NCBI GenBank assembly: GCA_003250475.1
Contig: QKGI01000136.1
Location: forward strand, 19,188-83,187
Reading direction: 5' to 3'
From: Bacteroidota bacterium
GTDB taxonomy: Bacteria; Bacteroidota; Bacteroidia; Bacteroidales; VadinHA17
DNA length: 64,000 nt
The notes below the pieces were generated by a model, which did no database searches, was not told where the DNA came from, and was given only the letters and a program-made list of their open reading frames with translations. Position 1 is the first letter of the stretch. Each line of letters begins with the position of its first letter. Position numbers and translations under genes: made by a program. Shown here in pieces: positions 1-8,912 of this stretch.

Positions 1-282
1 GCCCTCTTTGAAATACCTCATGGAGAGATGGCAGGTTGTCAGGCCCGGAACAGGGCCGTGAGGATAACCATTGATATACATGCCACAGCTGCCGCAAATC
101 CCTTCACGGCAGTCGTGATCAAAGGCAACAGGTTCCTTTCCGTCATCTATAAGTCTGCTGTTCAGCAGGTCAAGCATCTCAAGGAATGACATGTCAGGGG
201 AGACACCGTCAAGGTCATATGATACGAATGCACCTTTGGATTTTGCATTCTTCTGTCTCCATATCTTAAGTTTCAGCTTCAT
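1..282 (-). CDS. sdhB: succinate dehydrogenase/fumarate reductase iron-sulfur subunit (N-terminal part only; gene continues beyond window start)
   Basis: My own translation of the minus strand from the ATG at complement 280-282 gives [27 protein letters not shown]...[23 protein letters not shown]. It has the CxxxxCxxC 2Fe-2S motif of SdhB/FrdB. The gene lies 21 nt downstream of the flavoprotein gene. It is absent from the ORF track because it runs off the edge. Confidence 0.85.
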   Translation of the reverse strand, partial: MKLKLKIWRQKNAKSKGAFVSYDLDGVSPDMSFLEMLDLLNSRLIDDGKEPVAFDHDCREGICGSCGMYINGYPHGPVPGLTTCHLSMRYFKEG

Positions 283-303
283 TTCAGGAATAATTTCAAT
301 AGG

Positions 304-2220
304 TTATTTATAGCTTCTTTCCTTAAGTTCAACGAACTCGAATTTCAGGGGCTCTTTGTTCAGAATGGGCTCATTATCACCGTTATATTCCCATGCAGCG
401 ACATATGAATATTCGGAGTCGATTCTTTTGGCTTCGCCATCAGGTGTCTGGCTCTCTTCGCGGAAGTGGGCCCCACATGACTCTTTCCTGTTAAGGGCGT
501 CAGTGATCATCAGTCCTGCCAGTTCAAGAAAGTCGGCTACCCTGCCGGCTTTTTCAAGCTGCTGATTCAGGTCTTCCCCCTCACCGGTCACCAGCAGATT
601 GCTCCAGAACTCCTTTTTCAGCTCTGTGACAAGTTCTTTTGCCTTCATAAGCCCCTCCTCGTTCCTTGTCATACCGCAGTAGTCCCACATGATCTTACCG
701 AGCCGTTTATGAAAACTCGATGCTGTCTCTTTGCCTTTTATCGACAGCAGCTTATCTATTCTTTCCCTGGCGGTCTTCTCCGTCTCATCGAATTCTGCAC
801 CGGTGGTAGGTATGCGGGGTGTTCTTATCTCACCTGACAGGTAACTGCTTATTGTGACAGGGAGGATGAAGTAGCCGTCGCCGGCGGCCTGCATCAGCGA
901 GCTGGCTCCCAGCCTGTTGGCTCCATGATCGGAGAAATTCGCCTCGCCAATGGCAAACAATCCCGGGATAGTTGTCATAAGCTCATAGTCGACCCAGAGG
1001 CCTCCCATGGTATAATGGCCTGCCGGGTAGATCTGCATAGGTACTTCATAAGGGTTCATCCCTGTGATGGCACTGTACATCTCGAACAGGTTGCCGTATT
1101 TGTTCTCAATGGCTTTTTTGCCCTGTTTTTTTATTGCGTCACGGAAGTCCAGGTTAACAGCCAGGCCTGTTTTGCCCACACCGTATCCTGCATCGCACCT
1201 CTCTTTGGCAGCCCTTGACGCCACATCGCGTGGCACCAGGTTGCCGAAAGCAGGATAACGGCGTTCAAGATAATAATCGCGTTCTTCCTCCGGTATATCA
1301 TTGGCCGGCCTGTTGTCTCCCTTGTTTTTCGGGACCCAGATCCTCCCGTCGTTACGCAGTGATTCTGACATCAGGGTCAGTTTGCTCTGGAATTCGTTAA
1401 GCTGTGGTATGCTTGTGGGATGTATCTGAACGAAGCTTGGATTGGCAAAAGCTGCTCCCTTTTTGTAGGCTTTCCATGCAGCCGAGGCATTGCTGTTGAC
1501 AGCCAGGGTAGAGAGATAGTACACTGTGCCGTAACCTCCTGTGGCCAGAACGACGGCATGGGCTGAATGTCTCTCAATCTCCCCGGTAATGAGGTTACGG
1601 GTTATTATGCCCCTTGCCTTACCGTCAATTACAACAAGGTCAAGCATGTCACGGCGGGGGAACATGGTAACGGTTCCGGCCTTAATCTGCCTGTTGAGTG
1701 AGGAATAGGCGCCCAGCAGACACTGTTGCCCGGTCTGCCCCTTTGCGTAGAAAGTACGGGACACCTGCACGCCGCCAAATGAACGTGTGTCAAGGGTGCC
1801 GCCATATTCACGGGCGAAAGGAACGCCTATGGCCGTATAATGGTCGATGACCTGGTTGCTGACCTCTGCTATGCGATAGACGTTTGCCTCACGGGCACGG
1901 AAGTCCCCACCTTTAATCATATCATAGAAGAGCCGGAAAATGTTGTCACCGTCATTCTTGTAGTTCTTTGCAGCATTGATGCCGCCCTGGGCAGCTACCG
2001 AGTGTGCCCGGCGCGGTGAATCCTGGTAACAAAAAACCTTGACGTTGTATCCCAGCTCTCCCAGCGAGGAGGCAGCTCCGGCTCCCGAGAGTCCGGTGCC
2101 TATTACAATGATATCAAGCTTCTTCTTGTTGGCCGGGTTCACCAGCTTTGATCCTGACTTGTATCTGGTCCATTTATCTTCCAGCGGACCATCGGGTATC
2201 TTTGCATTCAGAGTTATCAT
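304..2220 (-). CDS. sdhA: succinate dehydrogenase/fumarate reductase flavoprotein subunit
   Basis: 638-aa ORF. It has the FAD-binding N-terminus [13 protein letters not shown], plus [20 protein letters not shown] and RLGASSL motifs typical of SdhA/FrdA. Confidence 0.95.
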   Translation of the reverse strand: MITLNAKIPDGPLEDKWTRYKSGSKLVNPANKKKLDIIVIGTGLSGAGAASSLGELGYNVKVFCYQDSPRRAHSVAAQGGINAAKNYKNDGDNIFRLFYDMIKGGDFRAREANVYRIAEVSNQVIDHYTAIGVPFAREYGGTLDTRSFGGVQVSRTFYAKGQTGQQCLLGAYSSLNRQIKAGTVTMFPRRDMLDLVVIDGKARGIITRNLITGEIERHSAHAVVLATGGYGTVYYLSTLAVNSNASAAWKAYKKGAAFANPSFVQIHPTSIPQLNEFQSKLTLMSESLRNDGRIWVPKNKGDNRPANDIPEEERDYYLERRYPAFGNLVPRDVASRAAKERCDAGYGVGKTGLAVNLDFRDAIKKQGKKAIENKYGNLFEMYSAITGMNPYEVPMQIYPAGHYTMGGLWVDYELMTTIPGLFAIGEANFSDHGANRLGASSLMQAAGDGYFILPVTISSYLSGEIRTPRIPTTGAEFDETEKTARERIDKLLSIKGKETASSFHKRLGKIMWDYCGMTRNEEGLMKAKELVTELKKEFWSNLLVTGEGEDLNQQLEKAGRVADFLELAGLMITDALNRKESCGAHFREESQTPDGEAKRIDSEYSYVAAWEYNGDNEPILNKEPLKFEFVELKERSYK

Positions 2221-2239
2221 AGTGTTTCACTTCTTCAGG

Positions 2240-2884
2240 TTATTTGAAAAGCCAGATGATGAGAGGAATAGCGGCAAATCCCAGGGGGAGTACTATCGAA
2301 TAGATGAGCGAGACCGCTTTGATTACCGGAGTCCAGAATTCATTTACCCAGCCGAGAGTCTGAAAAGCTGACTGCAGGGCATGGTACAGGTGCAAACCCA
2401 GTAAAAGAAAACAGACCCAGTAAAGGATGACATATCCGGGTATGGAAAACAGCTGGTAGGCTACTGAATAAAAATCTTCCGGATCTCCTTCAACAATTCC
2501 GAGCTTGATAAAGTAGAAATTGAAGAAATGAATCACGAGAAAGATAAGCACGGAGCCACCTGTCCATATCATGAATTTTGAGAATGCAGTGGTGTCGGCT
2601 TTGTTCCGTACAGCATATCTTACAGGGCGCGCAAGCCAGTTGCGTACCTGCAGGATGATACCGTAGGAAATGTGGATCACAATAGTCAGGAAGAGTAATA
2701 CCTCCACAACCTTGACCAGCGGGAAAGTCGCCATAAAATGGGCAGCATTGTTAAAGGGTTCCGGATCACTCTTGAGAAGCATCAGATTGATGCCGAGATG
2801 TACCGGCAGGAACAGCAGCAGGAACAAACCGGCCAGCGCCATCACAAATTTCTTCGAGACGGCCGAGAAAAGAACTTTGTTCAT
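2240..2884 (-). CDS. sdhC: succinate dehydrogenase/fumarate reductase cytochrome b subunit (b558-type)
   Basis: ORF 2240-3001 encodes a polytopic membrane protein directly upstream of sdhA, matching Bacteroidota C-A-B gene order. The probable true start is MNKVLFSAVSKKF at 2884; the start is uncertain. Confidence 0.8.
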   Translation of the reverse strand: MNKVLFSAVSKKFVMALAGLFLLLFLPVHLGINLMLLKSDPEPFNNAAHFMATFPLVKVVEVLLFLTIVIHISYGIILQVRNWLARPVRYAVRNKADTTAFSKFMIWTGGSVLIFLVIHFFNFYFIKLGIVEGDPEDFYSVAYQLFSIPGYVILYWVCFLLLGLHLYHALQSAFQTLGWVNEFWTPVIKAVSLIYSIVLPLGFAAIPLIIWLFK

Positions 2885-2983
2885 CGGCAATGTACTTTTG
2901 AATTCAGGGTTATTTGGAAAATTACTGAAAAATCTTTTCTTACTTGTAAATTTAGAAAGTTTTTCTCCCATAACAAAAGAACA

Positions 2984-3784
2984 ATGATCAGGAGTGTACA
3001 ATTTGAAGGAATAACGGTTTCATACAGGGTGACCGGCAGCGGCAGACCGGTTGTATTGTTGCATGGTTATCTCGAAGCCGCCGGGGTATGGGAACCTCTT
3101 ACAGAGAGGCTTGAGAAGGAGTTCAGGGTAATTTCTGTTGATCTTCCGGGTCATGGCGATTCAGGTGTTAAGAGCGAATGCCATACAATGGAGTTCCTTG
3201 CGGGAGCAGTCAGGGCGGTAGTGTCAGATGCAGGCGAGGAAAGGGTAGTGCTGGCAGGTCATTCACTGGGAGGGTATGTGGCCCTTGCATTTGTGGAGTT
3301 GTATCCCGGGTTACTTGCAGGATATGTACTGTTCCATTCGCATCCGCATGCCGACACAGCTGAGGCAGTAAGCAGAAGAAAAAGAGAGATAGCTGTAGTG
3401 GCTGCCGGAAGGAAGAACATCATGTATCCCGGAAATGTGAGCATGATGTTTGCGAAGAAGAACCTCGGTTCAATGGCCGGTGCCCTTGAAAGGGTAAAAC
3501 TGATAGCATCACGTAACCCGGGAGAAGGGATTATCGCTCTCCTGAACGGGATGATAGCCAGGCCATCCAGGCAGCTGGTATTGGAAGAAGGCCGTCTTCC
3601 GCTATTATGGGTACTTGGGAGGGACGACCTTTATTTCTCGCCCGGGAAAGCTTTGCGTGAGACGAAGCTACCGGAGAATGCGGAAGTGGTCATTCTGGAG
3701 AATTCAGGTCATCTTGGATTTATAGAAGAGACGCAGAGGTCTGCAGAACTACTGACCGTTTTTATTCGCAAGTTGAAGTGGTAG
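2984..3784 (+). CDS. alpha/beta-fold hydrolase
   Basis: ORF 2738-3784 is trimmed to MIRSVQFEG (ATG 2984), because the upstream part is antisense to sdhC. It has VVLLHGYLE, the nucleophile elbow GHSLGG and a C-terminal SGHLGF. Confidence 0.8.
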   Translation: MIRSVQFEGITVSYRVTGSGRPVVLLHGYLEAAGVWEPLTERLEKEFRVISVDLPGHGDSGVKSECHTMEFLAGAVRAVVSDAGEERVVLAGHSLGGYVALAFVELYPGLLAGYVLFHSHPHADTAEAVSRRKREIAVVAAGRKNIMYPGNVSMMFAKKNLGSMAGALERVKLIASRNPGEGIIALLNGMIARPSRQLVLEEGRLPLLWVLGRDDLYFSPGKALRETKLPENAEVVILENSGHLGFIEETQRSAELLTVFIRKLKW

Positions 3785-3791
3785 ACTGATC

Positions 3792-5384
3792 TCAGATACT
3801 GTCAATATAGGCTAAGGCATCAAGCAATGTCCTGTCTATCTCCTGCCATATTGGATAGAATCCATTGTTGTCAAGCATGTTACGTGCTATGTAAGCCTTC
3901 AGCTGCACATAGATGATATTCCCTGAAACGGCCAGCTGATCGTTATTGACAGGAACGCCATTCTCTGCGGCAAACCTCACGAACCTGGTTGTTAGATCCT
4001 GGTCCGAAAGCCATTTGTCAAGAGAGGGCAGATCATTGAATCTCTTCAGGGTCTCACGATTGTCTTCAGTATATTTGAGGGCATATCTGTATAGTAACCC
4101 TGAGTTCCTGATGGCCAGGAAATAATCAGTAATACCGTTTGTGTCAATAGGGATGAAGATATCCGGCATGATCCCTCCACCGCCGTACACGGTTTTTCCG
4201 CCGGGGGTGGTATAACGGAGGGAGTCATCCAACCTTATGGAGTCAGCCTCCTCGAACTCGCCGTGAATAAGCCTGTTACCAAGGTCTTCATAGTATTTTT
4301 CAATACCCTGGTCATATGGTTTTTGAATTGACCTGCCTGTCGGGGTGTAGTATCTGGCGATGGTGAGTCTCATCCCTGATCCGTCACGGAACATGACAGG
4401 TTCCTGCACCAGTCCTTTTCCGAAGGAGCGGCGTCCGATTATGGTTCCACGGTCATTATCCTGAACGGCACCTGCCAGGATCTCGCTGGCAGAAGCACTC
4501 CACTCATCGATAAGAATGACCAGTTCGCCCTCCTCAAATTCTCCATGTGCTGTTGCCCTGATCTCCTGGCGCGGAGTCGACTTGCCCATCGTAAAGACGA
4601 TGAGTTTACCTTCCGGGAGGAATTCGTCAGCAATCATTGTAGCCGCATCCATAACACCGCCTGAATTGCCCCTTAGATCGAGGATGAGTTTTTTCATCCC
4701 CTTGTCCTTGAGCTCACGAATTCCCTTCTTGAATTCATCATGTGTTGTCAGCGCAAAGTTGGATATCTTCATATAACCCACATCATCCGACATCATATAG
4801 GAGACATCGATACTGTAGATAGGAATTTTGTCACGGACAATGTCAAACGGAAGTAACCTGTCAGCTCCCTTGCGCTCGATTTTCAATTCAACCTTTGTAC
4901 CACGGGGTCCCTTGAGCATTTTGACTATATCTTCATCAGGGATTGTCTTACCGGCTATCAGTGAGTCATTTACATAGATTATTTTATCCCCGGGGATGAT
5001 TCCGGCCTTTTCGGATGGGCCTCCCGGTATGGTGCTTATAATTAAAACGGTATCGGTAAGCATATTGAAGGAGACCCCTATGCCGTCAAAGTTACCCTGC
5101 AGAGGTTCATTGGCCTGTGCCAGGTCTGTGGCGGGAATATACACAGAATGGGGATCAAGCTTGCGAAGCATTACCGGTATGGCTTCTTCAATCAGGGCAT
5201 TGCGGTTTACTGTGTCAACATAATCAGATTCGATGATGTCAAGCACCCGGCTCAGTTTATCATTTGACGGTGGGAAATTTGTATACAATCCGTTCTGCGG
5301 GTGGGGCATGTAAAACCCAATCAGGATACCGGCTGCCACGGCAACTCCTATTATCAATGGAAGATATGCTCTGTTATATTTCAT
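3792..5384 (-). CDS. S41 family C-terminal processing (tail-specific) peptidase
   Basis: PDZ-like region followed by GNSGG, SASASEIL and FGKG motifs. The probable start is MKYNRAYLPLIIGVAVAAG (a signal anchor) at 5384. The gene overlaps the upstream deaminase gene by 11 nt. Confidence 0.88.
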   Translation of the reverse strand: MKYNRAYLPLIIGVAVAAGILIGFYMPHPQNGLYTNFPPSNDKLSRVLDIIESDYVDTVNRNALIEEAIPVMLRKLDPHSVYIPATDLAQANEPLQGNFDGIGVSFNMLTDTVLIISTIPGGPSEKAGIIPGDKIIYVNDSLIAGKTIPDEDIVKMLKGPRGTKVELKIERKGADRLLPFDIVRDKIPIYSIDVSYMMSDDVGYMKISNFALTTHDEFKKGIRELKDKGMKKLILDLRGNSGGVMDAATMIADEFLPEGKLIVFTMGKSTPRQEIRATAHGEFEEGELVILIDEWSASASEILAGAVQDNDRGTIIGRRSFGKGLVQEPVMFRDGSGMRLTIARYYTPTGRSIQKPYDQGIEKYYEDLGNRLIHGEFEEADSIRLDDSLRYTTPGGKTVYGGGGIMPDIFIPIDTNGITDYFLAIRNSGLLYRYALKYTEDNRETLKRFNDLPSLDKWLSDQDLTTRFVRFAAENGVPVNNDQLAVSGNIIYVQLKAYIARNMLDNNGFYPIWQEIDRTLLDALAYIDSI

Positions 5385-5841
5385 TTTTCTTTTCTCCGAG
5401 GTCAATGTAAACAAGCTCGATAGCTGCACGTTTAAGAAGCTCAATACCTTCAAGGTTCCGGTACTGGTTGCTGTAAACAACACGCCTGATGCCTGCCTGT
5501 ATGATCAGCTTGGCACACTCCATGCATGGAGAGTCAGTGATATACAGAGTGGCGTTCTCGCTTGAGTTGTTTGACCTGGCTACCTTGGTGATGGCGTTGG
5601 CCTCAGCATGTAAAACGTAAGGTTTGGTAACATTATTCTCATCCTCGCAAACATTTTCAAAACCTGCCGGCGTTCCGTTATATCCGTCTGATATGATCAT
5701 CCTGTCCTTGACTATCAACGCCCCCACTTTTCTTCTCTGGCAATAGGAGTTTTCAGACCATATTGCCGCCATGCGCAGATAGCGCCTGTCAAACTGATCC
5801 TGCTTCTCCCCGTAGGGATGAATGGCATCTTTTTTTGTCAT
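5374..5841 (-). CDS. dCMP (deoxycytidylate) deaminase family protein
   Basis: 155 aa with the zinc-binding CDA signature HAEANAI ... PCMECAKLI. Confidence 0.88.
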   Translation of the reverse strand: MTKKDAIHPYGEKQDQFDRRYLRMAAIWSENSYCQRRKVGALIVKDRMIISDGYNGTPAGFENVCEDENNVTKPYVLHAEANAITKVARSNNSSENATLYITDSPCMECAKLIIQAGIRRVVYSNQYRNLEGIELLKRAAIELVYIDLGEKKNEI

Positions 5842-5859
5842 CGTCTTTTATTTCGATGG

Positions 5860-5867
5860 CAAACTTA
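5860..5867 (-). promoter_or_regulatory. candidate Bacteroidota -7 box (TAAGTTTG) for the deaminase/S41 peptidase operon
   Basis: The minus strand reads CAACTAAGTTTGCCATCGAAATAAAAGACGATG. This is an exact TAnnTTTG match about 20 nt upstream of the ATG at 5841. Confidence 0.4.
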
Positions 5868-5887
5868 GTTGTTTTTGAGGCTATTTC

Positions 5888-5915
5888 AAAAAATCAGGAC
5901 AAGGGCATCCTTGAT
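5888..5915 (-). terminator. candidate intrinsic terminator after the cytochrome gene
   Basis: Minus strand: AUCAAGGA-UGCCCUUG-UCCUGAU followed by UUUUUUG. The stem is 7 bp with one bulge. It lies about 45 nt downstream of the stop at 5960. Confidence 0.45.
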
Positions 5916-5959
5916 TGGCTTATGCCTCTTTTCAGATACACCCGGCTGGAAAAGGTCCT

Positions 5960-7261
5960 TTAGTTGCTGTTTTTCCAGGTAAAGGCGTGAGGCCATTTTG
6001 AAATATTATATTCCACAGAGGTATGGCATATGTAGCATCCGTTTTCTTTTTCGGGTTTGCTGCCGCCGTGCGCCTCCATAAACTCCTCCAGGTCGTCATC
6101 TCCTCTTGAGCTGCCATGGCATGCACCGCAGCTTCCCAGTGTTTTTGGTGATTTACTGTAGGGCTGGTACTGTAACGACTGGTAGTTGTCAACGTCTTTT
6201 AACGAAGGCACCATTGCGTGCGGGCTGCCATGGCAGGCAGAGCACATAAGGTCACCATGCCCTGTTGAATTTCTGTACAGGACCGCTGTGCTGCCTACAT
6301 CGGTGACACCGGTATGACAGTCGGAGCATGATGGCTCGTTGACCCACGGAACCCTTCCGGAATTGGTTGAGGCGGCAACCTGCTCCATGGTGCCATGGCA
6401 TTTTGTACAGTTACCATCGGCCGCCGTATGTTTTGCACTACGGTTGCATTTGGTTGTATTACCGGGGTGACAGTCATAGCATGAGGCACCTTTGTCAGCA
6501 TGGAACCCGTGGAGAGCTTCCGAAAGATATTTGCCTGACGATCCTTTACCCATTTTACCCAGTGCAGCGCTGCCATGACATCCGGCACACAGTACAGGTT
6601 TTGAATTCATCAGATTGGTGCCGTTCTCTTCATCATGCCGGGCAAGGACATCATTGAAGGCATCCTGTCCGTGACACCTGGCACAGTTAATATCATCAGA
6701 GGTCGGAACCGTAGCCCGGGTCGATGCAACAGTCTTTCCCGACTTGTCCTTAACCGTTATCTCCGCTACCTGAAGCGGGTCCCATGCTCCCAGGTCATTC
6801 ACGGGTGTGGCCGGTATGCCGGTGGCCTCAAAATGATCCGATACAACAGTCATCAGACCGTTCAGTCTGTTTCCGGTCAGCCCGACATCATGTTCCAGTG
6901 TGGCAACGCCGAACAGGGCGGTTACGTTATCCCAGAACCCGCCATATTCACGCTTGTTATACGATGTGGTGTTTCCCAGCAGTTTGTATTCAACAGTCAG
7001 GTCACCTGTAACTATTTGCGGCGGGTTTCCTCTCTCAACAACCTGTACAATCAGGTTATTGTAAGGAGGAAGTATCACAGCCTTATCGTATGTCGGGTTA
7101 AGGCAGTGCATTCCCAGGTCATTCCATGCAAAGACTGCATAATCACTTGAGAATACCGGCGGAGTGTCATTTTGCTTGGAGCAACCGGTAACGGTGATGA
7201 GAACAGGAACCAGTAGGCAGATCAGGAAAATAAAACCTGTAAAAAGCAGCTTTTTCATCAT
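5960..7261 (-). CDS. octaheme c-type cytochrome lipoprotein (function unknown)
   Basis: Signal peptide with lipobox LITVTGC. The N-terminal region of about 190 aa is heme-free. Eight canonical CxxCH motifs follow: CARCH, CAGCH, CYDCH, CTKCH, CSDCH, CSACH, CGACH, CYICH. Confidence 0.85.
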   Translation of the reverse strand: MMKKLLFTGFIFLICLLVPVLITVTGCSKQNDTPPVFSSDYAVFAWNDLGMHCLNPTYDKAVILPPYNNLIVQVVERGNPPQIVTGDLTVEYKLLGNTTSYNKREYGGFWDNVTALFGVATLEHDVGLTGNRLNGLMTVVSDHFEATGIPATPVNDLGAWDPLQVAEITVKDKSGKTVASTRATVPTSDDINCARCHGQDAFNDVLARHDEENGTNLMNSKPVLCAGCHGSAALGKMGKGSSGKYLSEALHGFHADKGASCYDCHPGNTTKCNRSAKHTAADGNCTKCHGTMEQVAASTNSGRVPWVNEPSCSDCHTGVTDVGSTAVLYRNSTGHGDLMCSACHGSPHAMVPSLKDVDNYQSLQYQPYSKSPKTLGSCGACHGSSRGDDDLEEFMEAHGGSKPEKENGCYICHTSVEYNISKWPHAFTWKNSN

Positions 7262-7270
7262 ATTCTGATA

Positions 7271-8059
7271 TTAGATACTTATTTCCCCTTTTAAATAGAG
7301 GAGGGCATGTCCCGCTATCAATGTCCGGTCCCCGGTAAGAGTACATTCAAGATATCCTCCTCTCGGGGAGAGCTGTCTGGCCTTCATTGTTGTCTTACCA
7401 AGGCGGCCTGACCAGAAGGGTGTGAGTGTGGTATGGGCTGATCCGGTAACAGGATCTTCATCGATTCCTGCCTGGGGAGCAAAGAATCTTGAAACGAAGT
7501 CTGTATCCGATCCCGGGGCAGTGGCAATGACACCCCTGCCATCGGCTTTCTTTAACTTCCCGAAGTCCGGCTTCAGGTCGAGTATATCTTTCTCTGTCCT
7601 GTAAAGAAGCAGATAATCACTTCTCCCCATAAAACAATCAAGAGGGTCCTTCCCCATGCTCTCTTTTATGAGATCCGGTAGTGTGCATTTATGCAGAGTG
7701 TCTGCAGGGAAGTCAAGTTCAAACATATCCCCTTTCTTTCTTACTTTGAGGACCCCCATCTTCTCGGTCCCGAAAACAACCGTTTCCCTGCCGGGCTGTA
7801 AAATATTCATCACCACGAATGATGATGCAAGGGTGGCATGGCCGCAGAGGTCTACCTCTGTCAGGGGGGTAAACCACCTTATCAGCCATTCGCTTCCGTC
7901 AGGTACTATGAAAGCTGTCTCTGAAAGGTTGTTCTCAAGTGCTATTTTCTGCATTATGTCATCGGAGAGCCATTCCTTCAATACACACACGGCGGCAGGA
8001 TTGCCGGTGAATGGCCCGCTTGTAAATGCATCCAACTGGTACAACGGAAACTGTTTCAT
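7271..8059 (-). CDS. PhzF family isomerase-like protein
   Basis: N-terminus LYQLDAFTSGPFTGNPAAVC, plus ETAF, CGHATLAS and DPVTGSAH motifs typical of the PhzF/DAP-epimerase-like fold. The probable start is MKQFPLY at 8059. Confidence 0.85.
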   Translation of the reverse strand: MKQFPLYQLDAFTSGPFTGNPAAVCVLKEWLSDDIMQKIALENNLSETAFIVPDGSEWLIRWFTPLTEVDLCGHATLASSFVVMNILQPGRETVVFGTEKMGVLKVRKKGDMFELDFPADTLHKCTLPDLIKESMGKDPLDCFMGRSDYLLLYRTEKDILDLKPDFGKLKKADGRGVIATAPGSDTDFVSRFFAPQAGIDEDPVTGSAHTTLTPFWSGRLGKTTMKARQLSPRGGYLECTLTGDRTLIAGHALLYLKGEISI

Positions 8060-8154
8060 TAATCTCGGAAATATTATACTAAAGTTATACAATTTCAGAA
8101 ATCAGAAGTCAATACATGATAATAAACATGCGGAAAGAAGTGTAAATTAGTGGT

Positions 8155-8856
8155 ATGATGGAAGCACTAAATACCGGGCATGGAACGGAGATATTCAGGC
8201 TGACTCCTGCCAGGTGCAATATCTTCATTGTAAGAAGAAACAGCAGGTCAATAATGGTTGATTCCGGAATCAGTTTCGACCGGCACAGGATAGAACATGC
8301 ACTGGAGCGCAAAGGGATAATACCTGAGGCTGTTGTGCTGACCCATACACATTTTGACCATGCAGGCAACGCTGCCTGGCTTGCCCATGAGTACGGAGCT
8401 GAGATAGTGGTTCAGGAGGATGAGAAAGAATCGCTTGCTGAAGGTGATACCCCTATCCCTAAAGGTACCTATCATTTCACCAAAAGCCTGGTAAGCCTGG
8501 GTGAAAAGATAGCTCCGGTATTTAAATATGAACCCTGCAAGGCTGACCATGTCTTCACTGACACATTTGACCTCGACCGGTTTGGAATAAGCGGATATAT
8601 AATCCATACGCCCGGGCATTCGCCCGGGGGTGCAACCATAATAATCGATGACAGCATTGCCATCGCAGGTGATTCTATAATAGGTACCATACCGGGAAGC
8701 CCCTTTCCTCCCTTTGCCGATGATGAAGGTCAGCTGATCCGCAGCTGGAAGAAAATCATTGACACAGGATGCCATACCCTCCTTCCCGGTCACGGCAAGC
8801 CGGTATCGAGAGAGACAATTATTAATGAGTACAGTAAAAGGAGCAGAACACAATAA
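8155..8856 (+). CDS. MBL-fold metallo-hydrolase
   Basis: HxHxDH motif HTHFDHAGN, with later HTPGHSPGG and LPGHG metal ligands. Confidence 0.88.
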   Translation: MMEALNTGHGTEIFRLTPARCNIFIVRRNSRSIMVDSGISFDRHRIEHALERKGIIPEAVVLTHTHFDHAGNAAWLAHEYGAEIVVQEDEKESLAEGDTPIPKGTYHFTKSLVSLGEKIAPVFKYEPCKADHVFTDTFDLDRFGISGYIIHTPGHSPGGATIIIDDSIAIAGDSIIGTIPGSPFPPFADDEGQLIRSWKKIIDTGCHTLLPGHGKPVSRETIINEYSKRSRTQ

Positions 8857-8912
8857 TTATCTGCTGCCAACTACCCTGAAATTCCGTTATTTCATCCTGA
8901 CACTAATGAAGG

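Noticed and set aside
2738-2983. N-terminal 82 codons of the 348-aa ORF
   Set aside because: This part is antisense to the sdhC coding region and has no hydrolase similarity. The hydrolase domain begins at MIRSVQFEG (2984).
5385-5483. N-terminal 33 codons of the S41 peptidase ORF
   Set aside because: This extension overlaps the deaminase gene by about 110 nt. The internal MKYNRAYLPLIIG start gives a normal signal anchor.
6295-7150. Several 75-171-aa ORFs on both strands inside the cytochrome gene
   Set aside because: Only the 5960-7261 minus frame gives the eight CxxCH motifs and a lipoprotein signal. The others are frame artefacts.
1-7261. Functional link between the fumarate reductase/succinate dehydrogenase operon and the octaheme cytochrome
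   Set aside because: They are separated by three unrelated transcription units: the hydrolase, and the S41 peptidase and deaminase genes. Proximity alone does not support a shared respiratory module.
8248-8853. 201-aa ORF on the minus strand covering nearly the whole MBL gene
   Set aside because: The plus-strand frame carries HxHxDH and downstream metal ligands. The antisense frame has no motif.
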